Shown: positions 12,642 through 25,268, counted from the whole stretch's first letter. The stretch: 62,604 bases of DNA, filler included, from Globobulimina sp. (GCA_003354225.1; 20 parts of 20 records of this genome joined end to end with filler, not necessarily neighbours in it), one strand, 5' to 3'. A program made the numbers and translations. Notes: generated by a model not told the origin, from the sequence alone.

Positions 12642-14257
12642 TCATAACAACAAATAATAGAATGTGACAGCGAAAGCAAATATGAATGAAGCAAATCTTT
12701 GCAACCAAATTACTATTTTCTTATCTTTACTTGTTTGATAAAGCTGTATTAATTTATACGAATATGCTTTAATTACAACCTCAATCAACAACGAACCCAA
12801 CACCGATTGCAGGCAAATGCATAGCGATAAAAGAATATGATTTATCAAATTCATTTTCACAAATTGAGACTCACAAACTAAGCGATAAACATCCTTCCTA
12901 TAAACAGCATTATTGCTACACATCGGGCCATAAAATGTTATCCCAATACTCACATACAACACAAACGAGGTCACACAAGAGATCACAAGCGATATTAATA
13001 AGCCTTCAAACGAGTATTTTGTGGATATGGAATAACTCAAAATCATTTTCTTATGTCCCAGCAAATTAAAATTAAAATTATTGTCTGAATAGTTATTCAA
13101 TGATAATAATAAATAATTCATCACACTCTCTCCATATTGGCACGCAAATAAAATGATCAATACATAGCAAACCGGAATAATCCTATTTTATTTTTTGTTT
13201 TTATGATGACAGCGCAAGGATTACGACAGAAAATAATAAGGGAAGAACTTAACGAATGTTGCGATTGGTATAACAGAAAAATGTGAAATACAAAAAAAGG
13301 AATTAAAATGAATGAAAATAAATCGATGAGCATAGCCGAGAAATGCAACGAAGATAAGTTGAAATAATTTTGTTTGGACATCGTTGCAATGATTTGCTTT
13401 TTTTTGTGTTGGTCGAAAATGTTCAGGTAATTCAAAATGGTGTACACTGAGGAAAAACCAATCAGTCCTTGAAAGAAATTGGTGGGTTCCGATAATTTCT
13501 GCATTTTTTTTATGACTTGAAAATCGGGATTGTTTTCCGTTGCGTTTGCGTGGTATTCTTGTGATAATTTATTGAAATTAATAATACTGCCATTTAAGGC
13601 TTGCTTTTGTTTCAGAAACTCATTACTTTCAATCTCATCGTCGAATAATGGCAATGTTGTGTTCATCGCAAATGGCAATGTTGAGGTAAATGTGTCATTT
13701 AATCCATCAATGGATTGCGGGTTGAAATTATTTGGCGGCTTTGTTGGAGAATAAAAATACGAATTTGAGAGGTCATTATTTGTTGCTGTTGCTGTGTTGA
13801 ATGGAGCATTGAAAGAATTGATGGTTTGATTTTGAGACACGTATGAATTTAATGTCTGATTTAAACTGTTTTGGTTTTGTTGCAATTGCGTATTTTGTTG
13901 AGTGTAGGGGTATAAATTTGAGAATGCAAGGATCCAAATTGAGATTATTATGACAAAAAGGAAGATGAATAAAGAAATATAATCAACCAAGTGATAATAC
14001 CACGCAGTTACACCAATTATGACTGTGATCAATGAATGGAATATCACGGATATTGAGGTGGAATATGAGGAGGTTATTAAATGATATTCATTTGTCAGTT
14101 TCAATGTTGTTAATAATACTAAAATAAATAATGAATATTCAATGGCATAGAAAATAAGCACACAAAATAGTGGCAAATATGGAGAAATCACTATTCGTGT
14201 CACAATGCGTTCGGAGAAGTTCCATGCGCTGCCTAGATATAATGGTAAGTTGCACAT
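12642..14257 (-). CDS. Multi-pass membrane protein of unknown function, 2 exons
   Basis: Intron 13183..13253 joins ORFs 13157..14257 and 12642..13160 in frame. There are many hydrophobic segments around an N/Q/S-rich loop. Confidence 0.6.
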
Positions 14258-14386
14258 GATTCGCAGACTAGGAACTTTGAGGTTTTTTATTCTTTTTTTT
14301 TTGTTACATTTTTCTAAAACAGCAAACTGGAGAAAATAAATTGATAATTAACGTGTAATTATAATGATCATGAAACACAAAAACAA

Positions 14387-15100
14387 TTATAATAAAACAC
14401 AACATTGTTTGACAAGAGGCTCATTCTTTGGAATAAGCGGTTTTGAATGCAAATCTGTGGAATGAGTATATTTATTATCGCTCCATGGATTGATTTGATT
14501 GGGAGAAACGTATTTGGATTTAACCGTTTTTGCGAGCTGATGAAATGTAGCATCTACGTTACATGATTCCATTGCTGACGTTTCAATATATTCCATCCCT
14601 AATTCAGCAGCAAATGATTTTGCTGCATCATAACTAACAGCACGTTTATCAGATAAATATTTATTGCCAACTAGTAATATTGTTACATCATCAGAAGCAA
14701 AACGATTTATTTCCCATAACCATTCACGAATATTGTCAAACGATTCCTTGTCTGTTATATCGTACACAATGATAATGCCGTTAGCTCCGCGATAATAACT
14801 TCTGGTAACAACTTTAAATCGTTCTTGTCCGGCCGTATCCCACAGCTGTAATTTAATTATTTTGTTGCCTAATTCGATTGATTTTAATTTAAAGTCGACA
14901 CCAATGGTTGTTAAAAAATCGCTGCAATATTCATCGTCTGAAAATCGAAGCATTATACTGGATTTACCGACACCTTGTCATTGTGTAAAATCATAACGTG
15001 CTTATCATAGTATCGAATGAAGTGTGAACATTTAGCAATATACTGTACCTGAATCACCAATCAATAGAAATCTAAATAAATAGTCATATTCTAAAGTCAT
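14387..15100 (-). CDS. Rab1/Ypt1-like small GTPase, 2 exons
   Basis: Intron 14974..15048 restores YDYLFRFLLIGDSGVGKS. TTIGVDFK, LWDTAGQERF, YYRGA, ETSA and C-terminal CCVLL are present. The G4 motif is degenerate (NKYL). Confidence 0.9.
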
Positions 15101-15242
15101 TTTGAATGAGGGGAAGGCAGGATTTGCGGACAGTGTTGTTTTTAAGTTTTTAGTCACTTCGCAAGTAAAAAAAAAAACATTATTATAAATTTATACAATA
15201 ATACACCATTTGTTAGGATAGTTTTTTGGAGCCTACACAAGT

Positions 15243-15337
15243 TAAATAGTCGGCTAAATAGTTGCCTAGGTTTCCTAAATAGTTGCCTAAATAGTTACCA
15301 TTTTCCGTTTTTGTATTGAAATAGTCACTAAATAGTT
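15243..15337. repeat. Cluster of six (T/G)AAATAGT motifs upstream of the Rab gene
   Basis: Copies at 15243, 15255, 15276, 15288, 15318 and 15329; several form 12-bp TAAATAGTTGCC-like units. Confidence 0.6.
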
Positions 15338-15802
15338 TAAATTCTTCAATACCGTCAAATTAAATTGTGGTTGGGAAACCTGCCTCGACCGCGGATGGGC
15401 ATGATTTTGTTGATGGGACTATACTGAAAAGTATTTTTAGTCAAGCATTAGGGCTTTCCGATAAGTACAGTAGTGTTCCCGATAAGAGGTACGCATATTA
15501 GTACTAATATTATATATTATACAGCTAATATATATATTAGACTGCGAAGTTTCCCTTAGGATTCGAATAATATATATGATTTTNNNNNNNNNNNNNNNNN
15601 NNNNNNNNNNNNNNNNNNNNNNNNNNNTTAATTAATTAANNNNNNNNNNNNNNNNNNNNNNNNNNNNNNNNNNNNNNNNNNNNTGCCAAAGAGTTATTGC
15701 CCATGGTCAGCATACTTAGTTACAAAGTGAAGCACTCAAATGTTAGTGAAAATAGAAAATTTAAATGTTGATTGAAGAAATGAACTAAAAGCAAAAACCC
15801 TA

Positions 15803-18719
15803 ATGGACTTGAACTTTTTGAAAAACGACCCATGCACAGGAGCCAAATTATTATTCGAAAAATCCAAAAATTTAAACAACGACGATCTATGGAACCTATT
15901 TGATTTTCTATTATGGGAATACCAGGAAAGAGACATCGAAACATTATTCCAATGGTACGGCGAATTGATGTCTGTGGGTCTAGGCTTTGACCAGGCCTTC
16001 ATCACTGGCCATAAATTCGTCTGCGCCGCCACCATCAAAGAAGGCGATCCCATTTATCGCTGCAAAACCTGTCAAATGGATGGCACCAATCTATTATGTG
16101 TGCAATGTTTCAAAAATTCCAACCACATCGGCCACGATTGGACGCCAACCTTTACGCCAGGCAGTGGCTGCTGTGATTGTGGGGACCCCGAAAGTTGGGA
16201 CACCAAAGGCTTCTGTACCCATCATCCGGGTCCAAATGCGGGCGAAAACATAGAGATATCGCCCAATTTGGAACGCGTAGCCCGTTTATTATGCGGCTAT
16301 ATCATATACATATTATCCCATTCATTATCGCCCGACCATTATGATGTACTATTTGTGGATAAAAAGACCGCCAAACGCTCTCATTATGTGCAATCCCGCC
16401 TCAATTGCACAAAAAAGAAATCCCCCTCACATAACAGTGGTATGTTTGGCGGTTTATTCAATTTTGGCGGCGATGACGACGCAGAAACAAACGTTAACGA
16501 TGCAAAAGACGATGAGGATATTGTCAAACGCTACAATACATTCATGCAATTATTGCACGACAAATCCGCAGATAACAATGTATTACTAATCTCGAGTCAG
16601 GAATATCTCGCCGATGGCAGCGATTATGTCGACGCGGGCGAGGCCGAAAATTGTGCCTTAGGTTGGCAACACCCGAAAGATGTTTGTCTGCAAAGTATAA
16701 AATGTGAGGAAAAATCCGCCCTGGAAATTGTATGGAAATTGCGCGTGTACAATAAATGTAAATTGGTCTGTGGCGATGCGAAATATTTAAGTGGTGTGGC
16801 TAAGATATGGCAGCAATATGAATATATAAACCCGGAGGCACCGCCGTACAGCACCGAGATTGTAAGAAATGAGCAGTTAACGCGTGTGATTAGCGGCGAT
16901 ATGTTGTTAAAAATGATAATTGAACTAAAAAACTGGTCCTCTAATTCGGAGATATTAAAGCGTATAATTGCGAGTTGTTTAATGTTGAATATCGACGACT
17001 TATCGCCGCAGTGTGCCGGCTTCAATGTGATTGGCAAACTGAGTGTGCACGACATGGACATGAAAGTGAATGATTGCGATACGTCCATACATCATTTGAT
17101 ATTAAATGACCATATCCTCGGCCACACCGCACAGAAATATAACGCGCCGCTGATCGATTTGTGGTTTGCGTTGATTGTGTTGCCCTATTTTAAGCAGAGG
17201 GTGACCCAGGTTTTCACCTCGTGCTATGGCAAAATGATCCGCTTTTGGGATTTTATTACGCGCAAAACCCAGCATTGCTTCGTGCCGCTGTCTGTGCAAT
17301 TTTTCACCAAGAAAACGACGATAAATGTGTGTGAATCGCATGGCTTAATCTCCACCATATTCACCACCCATTTACTACAATCGTGCCCATCGTTTGTGGC
17401 GGATTATAATGAGAATCCCGATGAGAATTGCAATGCATTGGACATCTTTAACCCACGCAGACATAAAGCGACGTGGACGTCGCAATGGATGTTAAGCAAG
17501 AAATCGACGCATTGTTTGTATGATTTGCGTTATTTATTATCCATTCACGATTTCATGCAATATGTGTGTTTCAGCTCCAAACGGTGCGATCCCATGACCC
17601 ATTTTTGGAAGCCGTTATTGAATTTGTTGTCTACGTACAATCACAGTAAGTATGAGTATCGACAGTGTGGCAGGGAACACATCTTAATGGAGGACCAGAC
17701 AATGGTTAATATATTGCGCTTAGATTCGACTATCAACGGTATAAATCACAGGTATTTATTGCATGGCTTGTACCAATTATTTAAGGGGACGGCGTATACC
17801 AAGGATATAGATATTCTGTTAGATGTATTATTGTATGGTTTGAGTATAATTAATCACAAATCGTATGACGATTCGCATCAAAGTATACGTATGAAACTAT
17901 ATAATTTAGACGGTGGATACTTAGAGTGTCCATATTTGCGCGCAGATCGTGATATTTTTACCTTGACGTTAAATCTAAGCAAAACGTTGTGTAATATCAG
18001 TAAATTATATTGTGATATTACAGGCTGTACATTCACACAATTAATGGATAAGTTACATGCCGCGAACCACTGTGATGATAAACAGATATTAAATGAGAAT
18101 ATATTTTATTGGATAGATTTCTCGTTGCAATTTATATCTGTCTTTAATCAGTTTCATAGTGATTTATTGCGCAAAAATGGGGGAATATTTGCAACGATGA
18201 TATATAATATGGAAAAACCCAATTTCTTCTCGCTATTTTTTACGCATAATTTCTACCACATTGCACATAACGCAACGGATAGGTTTGGCGCGTCCAATTT
18301 CCTCACTTTATTATTCCATAGACATTGTTTGTATGATTGGTTTGTCAATGATACCGAGAATAAGCTCCAATTGTTCTGCGATGATAATGATATGGATTTA
18401 GATGGCTTGAGTTCTGTGCTGGAGACTGGTTGGCGACATTGGACAGATGCCAGCCGTGTGAGTAAAATGCTCAAGAATTGCTTATCAGAGCTATTGGCCA
18501 TAGTATGTGAGCCATCGTATACCTTAATGTTGGACAATGCGGACAAGTTCACCTTATTAGTGATTCGCTATGAGTTGATTCAATGGCTAATATTCAGTCA
18601 GAATGGTTTTGCAATGAGCGAGTTGGAATCGCGTGTGATTATATTTGGTAAAATCAACCCGAATCGCATTGATATTCGGCCGATTTTGAATGACATTTCA
18701 GACTACGAAGCTCCTTTGA
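15803..18719 (+). CDS. UBR-box E3 ubiquitin ligase (UBR1/2-like N-recognin), 3'-truncated
   Basis: UBR zinc finger: CAATIKEGDPIYRCKTC...LCVQCF...HIGH...GCCDCGDPESW...FCTHH. LSVQFFT and a long helical region follow. Confidence 0.88.
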
Positions 18720-18932
18720 NNNNNNNNNNNNNNNNNNNNNNNNNNNNNNNNNNNNNNNNNNNNTTAATTAATTAANNNNNNNNNNNNNNNNNNNNNNNNN
18801 NNNNNNNNNNNNNNNNNNNCTTCCCAATATGTGCTTGTAATGTAAGATGTAACTCAATACTAGTTGATGGACTTGCTGCCATTTATTGTGTTTTTTCGAA
18901 GTTTGTTTTAGAAATTTAGAAAATTAGTTTTT

Positions 18933-20000
18933 GTGCACATCATGCCTCTTCAATGGAGTGACCGATTGTTTATTTGTTCATTTTTTTGTGTTCTTGCATA
19001 TACTTATAAAGGTTGGGTTAACTGTGGAGGAAAAGACACAATTTTGTTGATTTCCGTGTTGGGACAGATCCTATTTTGTTATTATTGCTTCGATTGGATC
19101 AATCATCTATGTAATATTCAATTTACTTTGTGGATAATAAAAATATTATTTTTAAAATCTAATTGTGGTGATTTGGAGTATAAACCATTGGGTCGTTTCT
19201 TTTGTTATTTGCTATCTTTTGAAAAGATTTTTGATATTTGTATTGTACCGACATTAATAATTGTTATATCATTGAAAGGCGTTCCTGATATATCACATTT
19301 GACCGATATCACAGAAGCACTCCTTTGTTATCGTTGTTATTTTTTAACAGTATTCATTTTTTTTCACACTCATTTATTAGTTGGATATTATTACATATTA
19401 TTTTATAAAAAAAAATTAAATATCGCATGTAAACAAATTAAAATCAGCGCGTATAATCAATATTTTTCAATGGATAATCAAATGAGATGTCCTATTTGCT
19501 TTAATAAATTCGAATGGAATTCATCCAATTTCTTTCATAAAATATGTATCATTGGATGTGGACATATATTCCATTGTCATTGTTTAATTAAATATAGATT
19601 TAAAAAAAGAAAAAAATCTCAATTTTTTAAATTAAATTTGATGCAATGTTGTGTTTGTCGCTATGACCATAAAGACTTATTTATTTGGAACGTACCTATT
19701 TGTACAATGAATAATTTTAATTGCAATGATTTAGTGCATATCAATGAAATGGATATGGACAGACGTGTTTTTACCACCAGCTATTCACAAATAAGACACA
19801 ATCCATCGCTTAAAAAAGCATATTATAACTTATTAAAACAAAATATTGAATATGTTCTAGATACTGAAGAGGATGAGAAGCAAATCAACACTGCATTCAA
19901 GCAAATAAAAGCACGAGGAAAGCGGGCACAATTTAAAATTGACATTGCTCAAATTGCTAAACATTTCATCAAGAAAAAGGAAATTGAGAAAGGGTGGTGA
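18933..20000 (+). CDS. Membrane-anchored RING-H2 protein (putative E3 ligase)
   Basis: N-terminal hydrophobic segments, then CPIC...CGHIFHCHC...CCVC. The probable start is ATG 18942. Confidence 0.7.
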   Translation: MHIMPLQWSDRLFICSFFCVLAYTYKGWVNCGGKDTILLISVLGQILFCYYCFDWINHLCNIQFTLWIIKILFLKSNCGDLEYKPLGRFFCYLLSFEKIFDICIVPTLIIVISLKGVPDISHLTDITEALLCYRCYFLTVFIFFHTHLLVGYYYILFYKKKLNIACKQIKISAYNQYFSMDNQMRCPICFNKFEWNSSNFFHKICIIGCGHIFHCHCLIKYRFKKRKKSQFFKLNLMQCCVCRYDHKDLFIWNVPICTMNNFNCNDLVHINEMDMDRRVFTTSYSQIRHNPSLKKAYYNLLKQNIEYVLDTEEDEKQINTAFKQIKARGKRAQFKIDIAQIAKHFIKKKEIEKGW

Positions 20001-20232
20001 TTGGATCGGTCATTAAGCAAACCTCAGCAACAAAAAGCACGTGAATTGAATTCTTTTGTTGAATCAAACATTTAATTTAATCATGCACAATTTTGTTTGC
20101 ATGTTAGCTTTCCCCTCATTTGTATCGCAAACACCATAAAATTGTTGAACACTGTTAAAAAAATTCAGAGAGTTTTTTGATCTTAAAACGAAAATGTAAA
20201 CAAATTTCAACTATTTTATAGTTACTTTAACC

Positions 20233-21855
20233 ATGGAAACGTTTCTAGAATACATTGGTTGTATGCGCAGCAACGAAGTCTGCATTGTATCTCTATCATT
20301 AATTGTTTTAATAGATATTTTGGTGGTACCTAGCTCCATATACATAACGTACAAATTTTATTGCATTGCTCATGATCAAGTCAATTTTCATCGATATCCA
20401 ATGACTGTAATTACAATATCCATATTAAATATCATCTATATATTTATTTTTGACCAATATCAGATCATTTTAAATGGTATCACGAATAAAGTAACTTTTT
20501 GGATGGTACCAGTCTTGGATGGACCTTTTTTTTTGATGATCTTAGTTATAGGGGTTTTCAGAGTTTTGTTAATCAATTATGACATAAATTATTCAATCAT
20601 ACAATCCAGACAGAATTGGCAATTACTTTTAACATCAGCAGGTATATTAATATATTTATATCGCAAAATCGCAAAACTGTACATATAATTACTACAAAAC
20701 AACAGTAAATGATGAATGGTATTCACGTAATAGACACAAATGGGGAAACTATAGATATTTGCTCAAAGTAATTATGTGTTTCTGGATTATATTATCAATT
20801 ATATGCTTTATACCATTATTTTTGCAGCATTTGAACGTAATAAAACATGCTTTTAAGGCATCGGAAATTGTATACTTCTCCATCATCATTATGCTAGTAT
20901 TGTTTGTTGGGATTATTTGGTATAAAACCCCACATTTTGATGATTGTTTTTTTATTTTCAAAGAAATTAAATTATTAATTCAAGCGTATATTATTTGTTG
21001 TATCATATGGTTCGGTTTAATGTATTTTGTTGAAACTGGAAATATATTTGCCATTCTTCAAATATTTATGATCGTCGTTTTTAATTTTATTCAAATATTT
21101 ATATCTGAATTTATTGTCGTATATTTCATCAAAAACAAAATAAATCAACCAAATAATACTACGAAAAACGTTAAAAACGCGAATGATGCAAAAAACATAA
21201 AAAACGCTAAACTTTTTACTGTTTTAATATCGTCAGATATTGGCATTGAAGAATATGCAAAACATTTACAGCATGAATTTTGCATGGAAAATTTATTATT
21301 TTTCATTGAAATTATGCAATGGATTTACGCAGTGACAGAACAGAAGTGGTATAAATATGATGTATCCCCATTAAGTACCAATAATATTAAATATAAATTT
21401 GCCAAAATTATCCCCATATCGTCAATAAATGGCGACACTGAGACAGATTGGTATGCTAAAATTGAGAAAATCTACAAAAAATACGTGCATACATCAGCTG
21501 AACACCAAATAAATGTTCCATATCGGATACGAACAGAGTTCCAAACCTTATTACAATTATATGACATAAAAAAACAGATTGCAGCTCAAGTATATGAACC
21601 AAAGTTAGTTAAAAAATCAACTAAAAGATATTCGAGAACGTCTTCATTTTGGAACCAATCCAAAACAAAATTATGGACATTACGAAAACGCAAAGTACCG
21701 ATCTTGAAGCCAGAGCAAAATATAACATTAACATCCGGCAATACAACAGTGAGCATCCCGGAGCAGATCAAATACAGTCAGTCATTACAAACTATTGATG
21801 TTAATATTGAGTTCAGTCAATTGGAGCGAGCAAACACTTCACCCACAGGATTGGC
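20233..21855 (+). CDS. 7TM-RGS protein, 2 exons, 3'-truncated
   Basis: Intron 20642..20705 joins the two ORFs in frame. About 7 TM segments precede RGS motifs YAKHLQHEFCMENLLFF and IYKKYV...HQINVPYRIR. Confidence 0.8.
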
Positions 21856-22125
21856 NNNNNNNNNNNNNNNNNNNNNNNNNNNNNNNNNNNNNNNNNNNNT
21901 TAATTAATTAANNNNNNNNNNNNNNNNNNNNNNNNNNNNNNNNNNNNNNNNNNNNGACTCGATGTAGATAAATATATTTGCATACAAACCCCTTTAGAGA
22001 TCCTATACACTCGATCATAGGATCCAAGCACTCGAACTCAAGGCGAATTCGACCGGATAAATTCCAAAGGTCTAATTAACTTTGAAAGTACTCGAGTTAA
22101 GAAAAAGTTAGTTGGCACTAGTCTA

Positions 22126-23163
22126 ATGGCTTTAACAGCAAAACAAGAATTCGAATGGAATTTGTTATCATCACTAAATATTTTCATTTTAGTTGTAAGT
22201 GTTATATTAGTAATAATGCAATATTTATGTAATACATATCGCGATTCACAAATAACAAATCATAGACTGACTAAATCGAAAGTAGTGCCCAATTCATTAC
22301 AAAAAAGTAATACTGTGCGCACGCAGACTAGTAACAGTATCCAAGACAAAATGAAAGAATTTTTTGATGCATCAAATCAGAAACAAACTTATTTAATATA
22401 CGGAATATATATAACATGTGCAATGTGTTCCTGTGTATGTTTTTTGTGTCATATTTCAAAAGATTTACCGCCAGCATTTTGCATATGGGGCACACCAATC
22501 TGTTGTGTGTTTTATGTGACCGCTAAATCATTATTATTTGGTTTTTTTTTGGAGCGAGCAAAATTAGGCCAAGGTTTATCGCAAACATTTCCTCAATTTT
22601 TATTTGATAAATTATTACCAATTTATATTGCAATGTACTGGCTTTCTTTCACCGTATTAATATTAATATATTGGCGCGGAAAACCATTAGATTTGCATGA
22701 TGGATCTGGCGCGGTTACTTCCTGTGTATTTGATGTATTTTTTCCATGGTTATTTCAGCTCGGTGGAAGTGTGGACGTTTTAAATTGTATATTATTTTTA
22801 TCATTATTACTATATCCAGTTCAAACTGCGTACCATTCATCCATTGAGCCACTACCATTACGGCAACGAAAGGCATTTGTAAAAGCGATGAGATATAATA
22901 TTGTAATGAGTGTGGTCTGTACTGCCACAACATTTTCTGCTATGTTTTTAGTACCATTTGTCCCGCAGCATATTTGGTTGGTGAGTAGTATTGATATGAT
23001 AATAAACAGTCTTTGTGTTTTTTTTACATTGGCGAGTAATAAAACATATTTAAAGCATAAATTATGTTTTTGTATAAAAACATCTCAAAAACGAAATGGT
23101 AATTCTGCTAAACATCATGATACTGATCAGGAGTTCTTTTTTTTATGTACATTTATGTTGTAA
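22126..23163 (+). CDS. Seven-transmembrane (GPCR-like) protein
   Basis: 345 aa with about 7 hydrophobic helices. FLERAK lies after TM3 and IDMIINSLCVFF is TM7-like. The 3' end may be spliced differently. Confidence 0.55.
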   Translation: MALTAKQEFEWNLLSSLNIFILVVSVILVIMQYLCNTYRDSQITNHRLTKSKVVPNSLQKSNTVRTQTSNSIQDKMKEFFDASNQKQTYLIYGIYITCAMCSCVCFLCHISKDLPPAFCIWGTPICCVFYVTAKSLLFGFFLERAKLGQGLSQTFPQFLFDKLLPIYIAMYWLSFTVLILIYWRGKPLDLHDGSGAVTSCVFDVFFPWLFQLGGSVDVLNCILFLSLLLYPVQTAYHSSIEPLPLRQRKAFVKAMRYNIVMSVVCTATTFSAMFLVPFVPQHIWLVSSIDMIINSLCVFFTLASNKTYLKHKLCFCIKTSQKRNGNSAKHHDTDQEFFFLCTFML

Positions 23164-23377
23164 TATTGTTTTCTTTCGAATTATATTAATTTTTATGTAC
23201 GTAGACATTTAAATAACGGAATGACCAAAACAATTGTTGTTGTTTTTTCTAATAATTTAATTTAGTTTAAATTCTGTGCAAGGATATTAATTTCTGTATA
23301 TAGTCGAACTGTTTCTTGAAACGCCGAAAAATCCGTAGTGTGAATTAGAAAAATTATTGATTTTTCACTACTGAAAA

Positions 23378-24817
23378 ATGTGCTTAAATAAAAGCTGCGT
23401 ACTAGAAACAAAGTTGTATCGATATATATTGAATGTATTGAATGGGAAATATGTGTGTAATGAGGATGGTTTATTGTATTACAAATATAAAGAAAACGAA
23501 TATAAAATCGTCGTACCTGACACTTTAAAGAAATCCATAATGAATAACGCCCACGATTTGATCCATAATGGCAGCGGCAAAATGTATATGTTGATACTAA
23601 CCGAATATTGGTGGCCCAAAATGAAAGTTGAGATTGCGAATTACTGCAAAAGCTGTGTAGGTTGCCAGTGTGTAAAAGGTATCAAATATAAGGAAAAGAG
23701 AGGGAAACTTAACTTGTTTCCAGCAACACGACCCTTTGAACGAATAAGTGTTGATATTGTTGGGCCTTTACCCAAAACTGACGATGACTTCCAATACTTA
23801 TTAACGATAATTGATAAATTTTCTAGATATTGCATGATAATCCCAATAAAAGATACTTTAACACCGACCGTAATACGCGCCATCGAGCGATGGTACACTA
23901 CCTTCGGTCCACCTAACCTATCCGATAACGGCTCGCAATTCCTATCAAGAGCATATCAACATTTTCAAAATTCAAACAAAGTAAATATAAAATACATAAC
24001 TGCGTATCATCCGGAGTGCAATGGACAAATCGAACGGCTCCACCGATGGATAAAGGAGCGACTAGCACTGCTCGCACATGATTTAGGTTTGGAATTCGCG
24101 GTCGGAGCCGCATACCAATGCGATAACTGGACACATTATATCCCATTGATCCAATATTGCTATAATACGATGATAAATCGAATGACAATGTATACGCCAT
24201 TCGATATCGTTTTTGGTACAAATCCTCGAGATATGGATGCATTGAAATGCGACCCAAAATGTCCAGATATATACAAAAAATACATGGCAGTGCGTATAAA
24301 ATTAATACATGAACGAGCACGACAAAAGCAATTAAATTATGATAAAATTCGCAAGAAATACTATGATAAGCATCGACATGAAATAAAAGTTGAAATAAAT
24401 GATTTAATAATGTATGATATATCGCAAAATATGACAAAGAATGAAAAGTCATTAATACCAAATTATGTCGGCCCATATAAAGTGATTGAAACGATGAATG
24501 AAAATAAAACTTTAAAAATCCAAGATATTGATAAGTTATATGATCCATTTTGGACCGATATAATGCATTGTAAGCCATATCACGATGGCCAGACGAGTCA
24601 AATTGATGCGTTATTGATATATACGAAATATAATATTGACAACATTGATAAACAGATTGCAAATGATACGAATAATAAAAACGAATTATACAAATTATCC
24701 AAATTACAATATTATAATAAATTAATGTGTGCCTATTATTTACACCCATTATTGCAGATAAATAATAAGCCGAAGGATCAAATATTTCTGGATATGATTG
24801 ATCCGACTGATGACTGA
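23378..24817 (+). CDS. Ty3/Gypsy-type DDE integrase
   Basis: HHCC zinc finger (AHDLIH...YWWP...CKSCVGC), SVDIVGP, SDNGSQF-D35E-NGQIERLH, TPFDIVFG and GPY (YVGPYKV). Confidence 0.9.
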   Translation: MCLNKSCVLETKLYRYILNVLNGKYVCNEDGLLYYKYKENEYKIVVPDTLKKSIMNNAHDLIHNGSGKMYMLILTEYWWPKMKVEIANYCKSCVGCQCVKGIKYKEKRGKLNLFPATRPFERISVDIVGPLPKTDDDFQYLLTIIDKFSRYCMIIPIKDTLTPTVIRAIERWYTTFGPPNLSDNGSQFLSRAYQHFQNSNKVNIKYITAYHPECNGQIERLHRWIKERLALLAHDLGLEFAVGAAYQCDNWTHYIPLIQYCYNTMINRMTMYTPFDIVFGTNPRDMDALKCDPKCPDIYKKYMAVRIKLIHERARQKQLNYDKIRKKYYDKHRHEIKVEINDLIMYDISQNMTKNEKSLIPNYVGPYKVIETMNENKTLKIQDIDKLYDPFWTDIMHCKPYHDGQTSQIDALLIYTKYNIDNIDKQIANDTNNKNELYKLSKLQYYNKLMCAYYLHPLLQINNKPKDQIFLDMIDPTDD

Positions 24818-24991
24818 ATATGGTGACTAAGAGACTATTTAATTTACTTTCCTTTATTTACGAAAGGGGTGATGTGGATTACTACCACCCTATATAGGCT
24901 AGTTTGCCATTGACTTTATGTGTTGACTTCAGATTGTTTTGTTAACTAAGTTTTCTACTTTAAGACTCTACTCACCTTCGAATTACTTCCT
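23378..24991 (+). mobile_element. 3' part of a Gypsy-like LTR retrotransposon (integrase, putative PPT, start of 3' LTR)
   Basis: The integrase ORF is followed by purine-rich GAAAGGGGTGA (24862..24872) directly before TGTGG (24873), the usual PPT/LTR junction. No gag or RT lies upstream on the contig. Confidence 0.6.
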
Positions 24992-25268
24992 NNNNNNNNN
25001 NNNNNNNNNNNNNNNNNNNNNNNNNNNNNNNNNNNTTAATTAATTAANNNNNNNNNNNNNNNNNNNNNNNNNNNNNNNNNNNNNNNNNNNNTTTTAAACA
25101 CTGTGTCAGACATTCTTGCTTTCAAAATTCGAACTGAGGTTTTTTTTTTCGAAAAGCGCAAGGATGATGAAAGCTATTTTTATAGTTTTCTACTTTTATT
25201 AATAGCGCAAGGATTATGAAAGCTTAATCGAAATAGCAGCTGCATTATAGTAGACATTAATATAATAA

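Noticed and set aside
15455-15500. TACAGTAGTGTTCCCGATAAG as a Tc1/pogo-type terminal repeat
   Set aside because: No partner end or transposase on the contig; only a short CCGATAAG duplication.
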